Source of the DNA: Myxococcota bacterium
Lineage (GTDB): Bacteria; Myxococcota_A; UBA9160; UBA4427
NCBI GenBank assembly: GCA_965250285.1
Contig: OZ252299.1
Span: forward strand, 3,552,001 to 3,616,000
Length of the DNA: 64,000 bases
Reading direction: 5' to 3'
Shown piece by piece: positions 38,401-47,412 of this stretch. The notes beneath the pieces were generated by a model. The model was given only the letters and a program-made list of their open reading frames with translations. It was not told the origin of the DNA and did not search any database. A program made the translations under genes and the position numbers. The first letter of the stretch is position 1; the number at the start of each line of letters is the position of its first letter.

Positions 38401-38958
38401 GTGCTAGACGAGAACATCACTGCTGATTCCAGCTCGATGCACTGCCCGAGGTGCGACGGTCGGGCAGGGGCCCGGTTCGAGATCGACCAATTCGACTACG
38501 GGGCCGGTGAGGATGCCGTCGAGCTGCAGGCACGCGTCGTGGTGTTTCGGTGCGATGCTTGTGACTACGACTTCATGGACGCATCTGCCGATGATGCGCG
38601 GCATCGCTCGGTTTGCGACCACCTCGGGCTCCTCGCACCGGACGACATCAAGTCGATCCGGAAAGCCTACGGGCTCTCAAGGGTGGATTTCGCTGCGATC
38701 ACCCGACTCGGCGAGGCAACCGTGGGTCGGTGGGAGCGCGGCGAGCTGCTTCAGAACGCTGCGTACGACAACTATCTGCGGCTCTTGAGTGACGAGCACA
38801 ACTTCAGCTTCGTACGTGACCGCGACCGTCGCGAGTCGGTGTCGACTCAGAGAGTCGCAAGCGGTGGCGTTGGCCAAATCGTCGAGTTGAGAGCGTTCAA
38901 GGATTCCCCAGACCGATTGGAATCGTCTCTGCGTAGGCAGAAGACCTTCCAGCTCTAG
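38401..38958 (+). CDS. mqsA: MqsA family antitoxin (Zn finger + XRE HTH) with C-terminal extension
   Basis: CPRC...CDAC zinc ribbon; LLAPDDIKSIRKAYGLSRVDFAAITRLGEATVGRWERG HTH; GAGGT RBS before GTG. Confidence 0.88.
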   Translation: MLDENITADSSSMHCPRCDGRAGARFEIDQFDYGAGEDAVELQARVVVFRCDACDYDFMDASADDARHRSVCDHLGLLAPDDIKSIRKAYGLSRVDFAAITRLGEATVGRWERGELLQNAAYDNYLRLLSDEHNFSFVRDRDRRESVSTQRVASGGVGQIVELRAFKDSPDRLESSLRRQKTFQL

Positions 38959-38969
38959 GTGTACAGATA

Positions 38970-40799
38970 GTGTTCGTAACGACCTTCTACTCATTCAAGG
39001 GCGGTGTTGGACGCACGCTGTCGATGGCGAACGTCGCGGTTCTCCTGGCACAGTCGGGGCGAAGTGTCCTCGTGGTCGACTTCGACCTTGAAGCGCCCGG
39101 CATCGATACTTTCCGCGAATTCGCCCCTCTGAAGCCCAACCGTGGCGTCGTCGACTTCGTCCATGATGCTCTGGAAGATGGCGCGACTCCTGATGTGTCA
39201 GCGTACGTCTATACGTGCACTGGGATCGGAGCGCGAGGCGGCGTACTTCGGGTGATGCCCGCAGGTATACGTGACGAGGGATACGCCCGACGTCTCGCGG
39301 ACATCAACTGGAGGCAACTCTATGAACACGGAGACGGGTTCCTGATTTTTGAAGACCTCAAGCAGCAATGGGAAGATCGGTTCAGTCCTGACTACGTCTT
39401 GATCGATTCGAGGACCGGTCACAGCGACGAGGCCGGCATCTGTACTCGTCAGCTTCCCGACTGCGTCGTGGCGCTCTTCTTCCCGAACGCGCAGAACCTC
39501 GAAGGTCTAGAGAAGGCGGTGTCCGACATTCGAGCAGAGAGTCAGGGCGTGGATGGGCGGCGGATCGAGTTGGTCTTCGTCATGTCTAATGTGCCTGATT
39601 TGGACGACGAGGATCACGTAATCAGCGACCGCCTGGGGGAGTTCGGCCGACGGCTTCAATTCTCTGAGCCCCCCGAACGGATTCATCACTACAACAGTCT
39701 CGCTCTGCTCAATCAGTCGATTTTCGCCATCGACCGTCGGCGCAGTCGACTCGCCCAGGAGTACCGGCACCTCACTACTCGGATTCGACGACTCAACTCG
39801 AGCGACCGCGAGGGGGCACGACGATTCCTCGCCGACCTCGGCAGGGCGCGGACTCGTCGCCCCATCGAAGAGGAGATGTCCGCGAGTGCGATCGAGGACA
39901 GGCTCCTTCGAATCCAAGTTGAGCATTCGGAAGATGGGGAGATACTGTACCTACTCGCACGGCACAGAATGCAGCAGGGTGAGCTCGAGCAGGCACGGGA
40001 GATCTTCTGGGATGCGCAGCGAACGGGCGAAGCGCCAAGCGACGTTTGGCTTCGGCGCGCTGAGTGTGCTCGCAGCCTCGGCCTGAAGAACGAGGCTCGC
40101 GATGACGCGTTGGCCTACCTACGCGAAGACCACGGCGACCTTCAGCCGTTCGATGTGATCGTCGCTCTAAGGATCTTGAGGCAAGTTGACCCCGAATCTC
40201 TCTCGGAGATCGCAGAGACGAATGCGGTCGAGAAGCTGAGAAACGTAGACCGCGTGTGGATCGCCAGGAATCTTGCGCGGTCCGCTCGCGAGCTGTCCTC
40301 GGCGTGGACCATCCTTCAGCCTGCGCTGGACGACCGACGAACGCATGAAGATGCACTGCAAGCTGCCAAGCTAATTCTGATCGGTCTAGGACGGTTCGAC
40401 GAGGCTCTCGAGGCGTTCTCTGACAGTAGCGAAGCGCAGCCCAGCCTCCCTGATGCGTTCAATCGAGCAATGGCTACCTGGGGGAGGGACGGTCAACCAG
40501 ATCGATCACTCTTCGCCGAGATCGTGCGACTGTCCGAGGGCTACGATGAGCACGAGGCCAACTTCTTCCAGTGCATGGCGCTCGCCAATCACGTAATCGG
40601 GAACTCGGCTGACGCCAACGAGTTCTTGTCGCGCGCTCGGACGCGTGCGATCGGATCGCCGCAGCCGATGTTCAGCTGCTGGCGGTACCGCGAAGTCGGA
40701 ACAGACGCATTTCTTGACGACTTGAGGTCCATCGAATCCCTAATGGAAGGGGCGGACGAAGTGCCGAAATTCATCTCACGGCTGGCGGCGGGGGAATAA
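38970..40799 (+). CDS. KGGVGR-variant ParA/MinD-like ATPase fused to TPR-like helical repeats
   Basis: TFYSFKGGVGRT (deviant Walker A with K to R), LVVDFDLEAPG, VMPAG, DYVLIDSRTG; C-terminal ~330 aa of TPR-like helices. Confidence 0.85.
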   Translation: MFVTTFYSFKGGVGRTLSMANVAVLLAQSGRSVLVVDFDLEAPGIDTFREFAPLKPNRGVVDFVHDALEDGATPDVSAYVYTCTGIGARGGVLRVMPAGIRDEGYARRLADINWRQLYEHGDGFLIFEDLKQQWEDRFSPDYVLIDSRTGHSDEAGICTRQLPDCVVALFFPNAQNLEGLEKAVSDIRAESQGVDGRRIELVFVMSNVPDLDDEDHVISDRLGEFGRRLQFSEPPERIHHYNSLALLNQSIFAIDRRRSRLAQEYRHLTTRIRRLNSSDREGARRFLADLGRARTRRPIEEEMSASAIEDRLLRIQVEHSEDGEILYLLARHRMQQGELEQAREIFWDAQRTGEAPSDVWLRRAECARSLGLKNEARDDALAYLREDHGDLQPFDVIVALRILRQVDPESLSEIAETNAVEKLRNVDRVWIARNLARSARELSSAWTILQPALDDRRTHEDALQAAKLILIGLGRFDEALEAFSDSSEAQPSLPDAFNRAMATWGRDGQPDRSLFAEIVRLSEGYDEHEANFFQCMALANHVIGNSADANEFLSRARTRAIGSPQPMFSCWRYREVGTDAFLDDLRSIESLMEGADEVPKFISRLAAGE

Positions 40800-41938
40800 T
40801 GCTAGATCCCGCGAGCCTTGAAGCGCTGCAGCTCCAGATCGATGAGGCTATCGAGGCCGACCGAGGTCGATTCGATGAGCTGTGCGCAGAAGTGAGTCCC
40901 CTTGGGCGGTCGACCAGGCGCATCAAGCCGTACAGGACTACCGCGATCTCGCTCGTTGGTACTGATGGCGGGAACAACCAGGTCTCGTTCGATCCATTCA
41001 TGGTTCAGCTTGTACGAGTCGTCGACTCAAGCAACAACGAGTACTGCCTGGAGGCCGTTACCCCGTCAACCCCCTTCGATGTTCTTCATGCTCGTCACTT
41101 GTCGAGCGAGGGCAAGGGTCTGACGGCGCTTGGTCGCATGATGGAGCTACTTGGTGTCCGCACGCTGCACGAACTTTCGATGATCTCGCCGCCTCCGGAA
41201 GAACCGAAGCCCTCATGGGTTCAGGTTTACCGTGAGCTGACCGAGTGGGCGATTCTCCTCGACCTCGTGCGCTCGCGGAGTTTCGCAACGGATACGTTGA
41301 TCATCCAAGATGGGCTGCTGCGGAGCAAAGTCTTCCGAGGGTACCTGTTTCGCGACTATCGACGAGCTCTCGAGCAGGCGATCGAGGACCAATACAAGAA
41401 AGACCGTCGGCGTGTCTTCGTCGCTGGCGTTTCGAAGCACAGCAAGGTTCTACAGACTTACAATCTCGCGATGCACTCTAAGGGCGTGCTCCGGACAGAG
41501 TACCCGGCGTTCGTTGAAGTCCCGCGCGCCATCGAGCTCTCTGTCTACAAGTGGGAAGAGTATGCGCGGGGCGGTGACGATGAGGGCGCTGGAGGTGAGG
41601 GGAACAAGTTCGTCGCAGGCCGCATGTACTTTGTGAAGTTCGGGACGAGCCCAATCGACCCGGTTTGGGCGGTCGACTTGTTCGAACCCCAAGTTACCGA
41701 GGCGGACAGGATTTTCGGCTACATGCTCGAGGATGCGATTGAGGGGTTTCCCGTCCCCTTCTACCCGCAGTGTCTACAGCGTGCCCACGACAATGCCGCG
41801 CTGGCGGGCTTCGACATGGAGATTCTCTCGGATCAGATCAAGACAGGCGTCAAGGCGTCGCTCGGCGAAGCCGGCTCGATCGTTGATGAGCTCGCGGTGA
41901 TGGTCGACGACCCCGCTGCGCGTCGATACGGAGCCTGA
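40799..41938 (+). CDS. nurA: NurA family nuclease
   Basis: VGTDGG and LIIQDGLL acidic catalytic motifs, AGVSKHS, GFP...YPQCLQRAHDNA (NurA GYP..L..AH); TAATG overlap with the upstream gene; adjacent to HerA. Confidence 0.8.
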   Translation: MLDPASLEALQLQIDEAIEADRGRFDELCAEVSPLGRSTRRIKPYRTTAISLVGTDGGNNQVSFDPFMVQLVRVVDSSNNEYCLEAVTPSTPFDVLHARHLSSEGKGLTALGRMMELLGVRTLHELSMISPPPEEPKPSWVQVYRELTEWAILLDLVRSRSFATDTLIIQDGLLRSKVFRGYLFRDYRRALEQAIEDQYKKDRRRVFVAGVSKHSKVLQTYNLAMHSKGVLRTEYPAFVEVPRAIELSVYKWEEYARGGDDEGAGGEGNKFVAGRMYFVKFGTSPIDPVWAVDLFEPQVTEADRIFGYMLEDAIEGFPVPFYPQCLQRAHDNAALAGFDMEILSDQIKTGVKASLGEAGSIVDELAVMVDDPAARRYGA

Positions 41939-41939
41939 C

Positions 41940-44066
41940 ATGTCCGATCTGTTTCCGAAGGAGATGGTCATCGGGGCCTTTCGGGGGTTTTCTCAAGGGG
42001 GGCTCGAGTTTCACGCGGACCTCGCGATCCCGTATCGGCCAGATCTCCACTCAGTCCCCATGCACGGGCAGTTCGTCGTGGTCCAACTCGAGAACCCCGA
42101 TGAGGGTGTACTCGGCCGAATCACCTCCCTCTCCGCAGACGGCCGACTCTCAAGCAGCGTTGGAGAGGACTACAACATTCGTGCGATTCGCGAGGATCGA
42201 CCGATCTCGGAACAGCTTCGTAGCGACTACCTGAAGTACCGAGTCGGCATTCGAGTGCTCGGCTTGCTCCATGTCAGGGACGACGAGCCTGCTTTCGTAC
42301 CGTCGCATCGACGTTTGCCGCATGTGGGCAGCCCTGTTGCGTTCCTAGATCCGAAGATTCTTCAGACGCTTGTTGGCCACCGCGGAGCAGGGGCCGACAT
42401 CGGCGTGTTCGCGCTTGGCGAGTACGTGTACGGACGGGGCAGCGATCTGATTGAGGCGGAGGACTGGATGCAGATCGAGGATCCGGAGATCGTAGTCCGG
42501 TTCCCAATCATGAATCTCGTCTCGCGTCGGACGTTCGTCTTCGCGCGGGCGGGCTTCGGAAAGTCGAATCTAAACAAGCTGCTGTTTTCGAAGCTCTACG
42601 AGAAGACTCCAACCGTTTCCAAGCGAGGCGGGCGAGAGGTTCCTGTTGGGACACTAATCTTCGACCCAGAGGGTGAGTACTTTTGGCCCGACGACTCAGG
42701 CCGCCCTGGCCTCTGCGACTGCCCGCAGTTGTCGGACCAGATCGTCGTGTTCACGCCCCGAGAAGCACCCAGCCCGTTCTATGGAAGCTTCGTTGCAGGC
42801 GGAATCAAGCTCGACGTCCGGAGACTTCGCCCTCGTGACGTGATCTCGATCGCGCTGCCTCCCGAGAAACAGGACCAACAGAATGTCGGGAAGCTGCGCA
42901 GCTTGAACTCGGGCGCATGGGCGGAACTCGTGGACCTCATCTACGCGCAGGGGCGGGGTGCCGACCTCGACGAGATCCAGCGCATCCTGAATCTAGAGAG
43001 GGACCAACAGAAGGCCGAAGCGCTCGCTGCTCGCTCGAACATGGCTCTTGTAGTCGGCGGACTGCATGATCCATCTAGTCAGTTGATGGACAAGCTGCTT
43101 GCCGCTCTTTCGGACGGAAAACTCTGCATCGTTGACGTCTCGCAGATGAGAGGCAACGCTGCTTTGATTCTCTCAGGTCTGATTCTTCGAAGAATCTTCG
43201 ACCGGAATCAAGAGGAGTTCACCCGGGCGGAGCCGAGAACGATTCCTACGATCGCGGTTGTGGAAGAGGCACAGTCGGTTCTAAATGAGAAGGCATCCGC
43301 GGCCGGGCCATACATCGAGTGGGTAAAGGAAGGGCGGAAGTATGATCTCGGGGCCATGCTCATTACGCAGCAGCCGGGCAGTATCCCGAAGGAGATTTTG
43401 AGCCAGGGCGACAACTGGTTTGTCTTCCACTTGCTGTCGGAGGACGATCTAGGCAGGGTGCGATCTGCGAACGCACACTTCAGTCGAGATCTGCTCAGCA
43501 CTCTTCTCAATGAGCCGATCAAGGGGCAAGGTCTCTGCTGGAGTTCAGAGGGCACGGCCCAGTTCCCCGTTTCTCTGCGTGTGGCATCGTTCGAGTCACA
43601 ATACTCGAGACTCGACAAGTCGTACTCTCGAGATGCGGTCGAGTGCTATGCGGGGACGCTAAGAGACCGTTTCGATTCGAATCGCTCGGTGTTGGCACCT
43701 TCGATCCGCGAGAAGGCCGAAGCTAACGTTCCGGATGCGTCCGACGACGCGGCTGGGTTCAGGCTGACTGGATCGCCACCTGACCACTTCCGATCGCACC
43801 AAGACACCGCTATCGACACTCTGCGAAACGATCCCAGTTTCTGGGCCTCGATCGACGCCGGCGGTATCCCGTATGGCAAGGTGGTTGGAATCCTAAAGGA
43901 TGCCTTGCCGGAAGACCTGGATGGTCGAGGCGACCTAGCCTTCAATTTGGTGCCGGCAGCCCTGGACGAAGTCTTCGATGGTGAGCAGGAAGTCGCCTGG
44001 GCGACCGAGATACGCACCACGAGAAGTGGTAAACCAACAAGATTCGTCGTGCGCGTTCGGAGCTAG
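41940..44066 (+). CDS. herA: HerA/FtsK-family ATPase (HAS barrel + ATPase) with C-terminal extension
   Basis: N-terminal beta barrel, Walker A ARAGFGKS, LIFDPEGEY, Walker B VVEEAQ, Arg finger EGRKY, ITQQP. Confidence 0.9.
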   Translation: MSDLFPKEMVIGAFRGFSQGGLEFHADLAIPYRPDLHSVPMHGQFVVVQLENPDEGVLGRITSLSADGRLSSSVGEDYNIRAIREDRPISEQLRSDYLKYRVGIRVLGLLHVRDDEPAFVPSHRRLPHVGSPVAFLDPKILQTLVGHRGAGADIGVFALGEYVYGRGSDLIEAEDWMQIEDPEIVVRFPIMNLVSRRTFVFARAGFGKSNLNKLLFSKLYEKTPTVSKRGGREVPVGTLIFDPEGEYFWPDDSGRPGLCDCPQLSDQIVVFTPREAPSPFYGSFVAGGIKLDVRRLRPRDVISIALPPEKQDQQNVGKLRSLNSGAWAELVDLIYAQGRGADLDEIQRILNLERDQQKAEALAARSNMALVVGGLHDPSSQLMDKLLAALSDGKLCIVDVSQMRGNAALILSGLILRRIFDRNQEEFTRAEPRTIPTIAVVEEAQSVLNEKASAAGPYIEWVKEGRKYDLGAMLITQQPGSIPKEILSQGDNWFVFHLLSEDDLGRVRSANAHFSRDLLSTLLNEPIKGQGLCWSSEGTAQFPVSLRVASFESQYSRLDKSYSRDAVECYAGTLRDRFDSNRSVLAPSIREKAEANVPDASDDAAGFRLTGSPPDHFRSHQDTAIDTLRNDPSFWASIDAGGIPYGKVVGILKDALPEDLDGRGDLAFNLVPAALDEVFDGEQEVAWATEIRTTRSGKPTRFVVRVRS

Positions 44067-45175
44067 CCTGTCACAGCGTACACGTCGAACTCCTGGCGCG
44101 ACCTCCCGATACCTCGCGCAAACTGGTCGGATTGGCGTTTGCCATCTGTCGCCGCACCCGCGTCGCGACGTGTGACGATCTTCCAGCCCGAATCCTGGAA
44201 CGACTGCATGCACACGTCGACGGGGTCTGCTCTTCGATCATGGATGCCTCCAAAGCGGCACACGAGGCGCGCGCTGGAGTTGGAAACAGCCGCGCAGGCA
44301 CGCCAAACATCCCGAAGCTGCGCGGCGAAGCTCTCCGGGCTGTCGTGTTGAAGCTGGCCCGATTGCTGGCGGTAGTCGATTTCATCCGATGCGCCAACGA
44401 ACCAGTCTCTGAGCCACTGGTCCTGCACGTATGTGCGGAGGCCGTAGTACGGTGGTGACGTCACGATCCAGTCTACGCGATCTACGTCACGAAACGAATC
44501 AGGTTCACGAGCGTCACCGCACACAATCGTGTTGTCCGCGGTCGGAAGGGCGTCCGCCAGGTACCACGTCGCCCGCTTGCGTACGACGTCTAAGACCCGG
44601 ACACCCGGCGGGCGGAGCCCTCGCCTTGACCAAAAGCCGATCGCGTAGCGAGGCTTCGGCGCAAACGTTCGAGGTGCTTGGTTGGAGAAGTAGGATGGCT
44701 CTCCTACGTTGAGCGGCCCGTGTAGCGCGCCGAGCATGATCCCTCGAAGCGCGGCTCGGGCGGGGCTCCGGCAATCGCGCATCAGCGCTTCCCGGACCTT
44801 GCAGATGTCGTGGAGAGTCCGAGACGAGAAAGCCAACCGCCAGAACATTCCCTTCGGAATGTCGGGTGAGTTCGATTCGTCGTCCAGAATTCTCTGCGCC
44901 GCCCTAACAACCTGAGCGGCGGTAGTCGCCTCCATCTTCGATCGAGAGATGGCAGCGGCTACAGAGCTGCTGTCGATTCCTACCGACGGCAGGCCAAGCA
45001 CCCGGGCCGCGAAGGTAGTCGTCCCGCGCCCGCAGAAAGGGTCGAGGACACGGTCGCCAGGCCGTGCGCGGCGCGCAAGTAGACGCAGCGGGAAGTCGAG
45101 CGGGAACATCGTAAAGTAGGGGCAGATCGCGTTCAGACGCGGCTGGCGAGTCGGTACCTGGAGTTGATTGATCAC
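44063..45175 (-). CDS. DNA methyltransferase, amino-type with SPPY motif (probable N4-cytosine, alpha motif order)
   Basis: CPYFTMFP (motif X), VLDPFCGRGTT (motif I), long central region, IVTSPPY (motif IV); stop overlaps the HerA stop (CTAG). Confidence 0.9.
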   Translation of the reverse strand: MINQLQVPTRQPRLNAICPYFTMFPLDFPLRLLARRARPGDRVLDPFCGRGTTTFAARVLGLPSVGIDSSSVAAAISRSKMEATTAAQVVRAAQRILDDESNSPDIPKGMFWRLAFSSRTLHDICKVREALMRDCRSPARAALRGIMLGALHGPLNVGEPSYFSNQAPRTFAPKPRYAIGFWSRRGLRPPGVRVLDVVRKRATWYLADALPTADNTIVCGDAREPDSFRDVDRVDWIVTSPPYYGLRTYVQDQWLRDWFVGASDEIDYRQQSGQLQHDSPESFAAQLRDVWRACAAVSNSSARLVCRFGGIHDRRADPVDVCMQSFQDSGWKIVTRRDAGAATDGKRQSDQFARGIGRSRQEFDVYAVTG

Positions 45176-45515
45176 GGGGCCCCCGGCGAGAAACTAGATT
45201 GCGACCTGGTCGCTCACAACGTGTTCAAACTTAGCGCCGACCACGAGGCGCCGTGGCGATCAGCTCGACCGGTCACGAGAACCGGCTTCCGCAGACTGCC
45301 AGCAGCAGCTTCAGGGCGACCCGAAGCAACAGACGATGTGCCATCTACGCCGCGTCCGCCTGTTCGAATCGAAGTCGCAGCACTTCGCGACGCGTGCGAT
45401 ACACCTGACCTACCGCCTCATCTGAATCATCGGCGGCGTGATTGGCGTTGAGTTCTTGCTTCGAGCCGGCACGAACTGATAGAACCGATAGCACCCATTC
45501 TCGAAAGGGATCGCA

Positions 45516-46214
45516 ATGCCGGGTCTATTTCGATGCGTATTGCTCTCGCTATTGGCTGCTGGAGTGGTTGGTTTCCCCGCGGCCTCCCGCGCCGCCCTCC
45601 TGATCGACGGCTTCGATGGCTCGCAGCAAGCCGAGGGCGGCCTCACGAGCCATCTGCTCGCGAACGTGCTCGGCGGTGAGCGCGACGTTCACTCGGGCTT
45701 CCCCAACTCGACGGCGCGGGTCGAGAACGGGCAGTTCATCGTCGAAGCCGCCGAAGGCGACATCGAGGTCGAAGGCTGGTTGATCTACGACGGCATCGAC
45801 GACTCGCCCGTGCGCGACGTCGACGGTCTCGGGGGCGTCGACCTGACGGCGGGCGGCACCCTCGACGCGTTCGCGATCAGGCTCGATTCGGCGAGCGCCG
45901 AGTTCAACATCCGCATCTGGATCTACTCTGCGACCGATCTGAGGATCTACCAGTCGCCCTCGATCGATCCGTCCGAGCTCGTGGCCCCTGTCGACCTGAT
46001 CTTCCCGTTCGCCGACTTTCCGCCCGGCACACCGCTGACCGAGGCCGGGCTGATCCTCGTGAACTTCGAGAACGACAGTCGAACGACCGGCCTCGAGCTG
46101 GCGGTCTCTTCGATCAAGCTGATCCCCGAGCCCAGCACGGTCCTGCTCACCGGGGTCGGGCTTCTGTGGCTCGGCCGATGCAGTCGCCGAAGCGGTCGGC
46201 GACTCATCTTCTGA
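45516..46214 (+). CDS. PEP-CTERM sorting domain protein
   Basis: Signal peptide; LLIDGFD...LGGERD acidic beta-rich body; IPEPSTVLLTGVGLLWLGRCSRR tail. Confidence 0.9.
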   Translation: MPGLFRCVLLSLLAAGVVGFPAASRAALLIDGFDGSQQAEGGLTSHLLANVLGGERDVHSGFPNSTARVENGQFIVEAAEGDIEVEGWLIYDGIDDSPVRDVDGLGGVDLTAGGTLDAFAIRLDSASAEFNIRIWIYSATDLRIYQSPSIDPSELVAPVDLIFPFADFPPGTPLTEAGLILVNFENDSRTTGLELAVSSIKLIPEPSTVLLTGVGLLWLGRCSRRSGRRLIF

Positions 46215-46272
46215 GGCCTGCCTGACGACCAGCTGCTCTGTCGAGGATGCGGGGTGAGCGCAGGCCGCCTAC

Positions 46273-46608
46273 CTAGCCCGACGATCGCAACCCCGGAAGA
46301 ATCGCGAAGCGGGTCTCTCCCGTGAGCTCTTCGACGCGGATCTTCTTGAAGGGCGCGTAGGCGTCTGATTCGTAGAGCTCGCGGGCGACCTGGGCGCTCG
46401 GCACCTTGACGATGACCGTCCAGTTGCCCGACCACTCGCCCTCGAGCACTTCGGGCTCAGACGTTGCGACGAGAATCTCGGCACCGGCCTCGGCGAACAT
46501 CCGACCCACGGGCATGCCGTATCGCTCACCGTAGGCTTCGAAATCCTTCACATCGATCATGGCGACCATGTACACGGGCGATTCCACTGCCGTCTCCTCT
46601 GTGTTCAT
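46273..46608 (-). CDS. DUF1330 domain protein
   Basis: YMVAMIDVKDFEAY...EVLEGEW...VIVKVPS...A..LYESDAY pattern. Confidence 0.85.
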   Translation of the reverse strand: MNTEETAVESPVYMVAMIDVKDFEAYGERYGMPVGRMFAEAGAEILVATSEPEVLEGEWSGNWTVIVKVPSAQVARELYESDAYAPFKKIRVEELTGETRFAILPGLRSSG

Positions 46609-46665
46609 GCGAATCGAATCTCGGCGACGGTCACTGACCGCCCGCGGCGCCGCCCTACCCTGAGC

Positions 46666-47310
46666 TCATTCGCTCGCCCAACGCTCCCAATGCGTGCAGT
46701 CTTCAGGCGGTTTGCGTCGCGGTCGCCCCCAGCCGCCGACCGGGTATCCGACCGGGATCAGGGCCACGGCGCGAACGGTGTCGGGCAGCTCGAGTACTTC
46801 GCGCACCGGCGTGCACTCGAGCGCGCCGGCGGGGCAGTAGTCGGAGCCCAGCGTCAGCAACACCGTGCCCAGTCCACGCGAACGAGCGGCCAGCATCAGA
46901 TTCTGGATCGCCGGATAGATCGAACCGAACAGACCCGACGCCACCGCGGCGCTGTCGGGGCACGGCACCGTCAGGCAGGGCACGATGATCGCCGGCGCCT
47001 CGTCGAGGTGCTCGACGTTGTGCATGGCCTGGCCGTACACGCGGCGCTGCTCGTCGCCGGTCGCGGGGCTCGCCAGCACCCCGTCGCGGATGTAGCGGCG
47101 CCCCGCCTCGCGATACGCGACCGCGATCTGCTCGCGTTGGCGAGGCTCGGTGACGACGACGAACGACCAGAGCTGAAGGTTGCCGGCGCTCGGCGCCATG
47201 GTCGCCGCCTCGATGACGTACTCGAGGTCGGCGCGCGGCACGGCATCGGGCAAGAGCCGGCGCATGGAGCGCAGCGTGAAGATCGCATCATGCGTCGAAA
47301 GATCGGCCAT
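46666..47310 (-). CDS. Nitroreductase family protein
   Basis: LRSMRR, AATMAPSAGNLQLWSFVVV, AIQNLMLAARSRGLGT, IPVGYP. Confidence 0.93.
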   Translation of the reverse strand: MADLSTHDAIFTLRSMRRLLPDAVPRADLEYVIEAATMAPSAGNLQLWSFVVVTEPRQREQIAVAYREAGRRYIRDGVLASPATGDEQRRVYGQAMHNVEHLDEAPAIIVPCLTVPCPDSAAVASGLFGSIYPAIQNLMLAARSRGLGTVLLTLGSDYCPAGALECTPVREVLELPDTVRAVALIPVGYPVGGWGRPRRKPPEDCTHWERWASE

Positions 47311-47412
47311 GCAGGTCTGACTCCTTCGCGTGCGCGCGGGGCGCTTCCGCGCCGATCGGTGTCGATCGACCCGGCGAAGCGCCTCATCGGGGCCACCCGA
47401 GCGGCGACGAGC

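Larger units (their letters stand above)
37850..45300. mobile_element. Lower-GC genomic island carrying TA and candidate defence genes (no integrase seen; ends approximate)
   Basis: Visible rise in A/T and in A/T-ending codons (CTA, TCT, GAT, AAT) relative to the flanks; contents are TA, ATPases, nuclease and methyltransferase. Confidence 0.7.

Noticed and set aside
38970..40799. Chromosome or plasmid partition ParA
   Set aside because: No ParB or parS nearby, Walker A Lys replaced by Arg, and a long TPR fusion.
37740..45515. Direct repeats (att sites or target duplication) bounding the island
   Set aside because: No convincing shared repeat found by eye at the two ends; boundaries rest on composition only.
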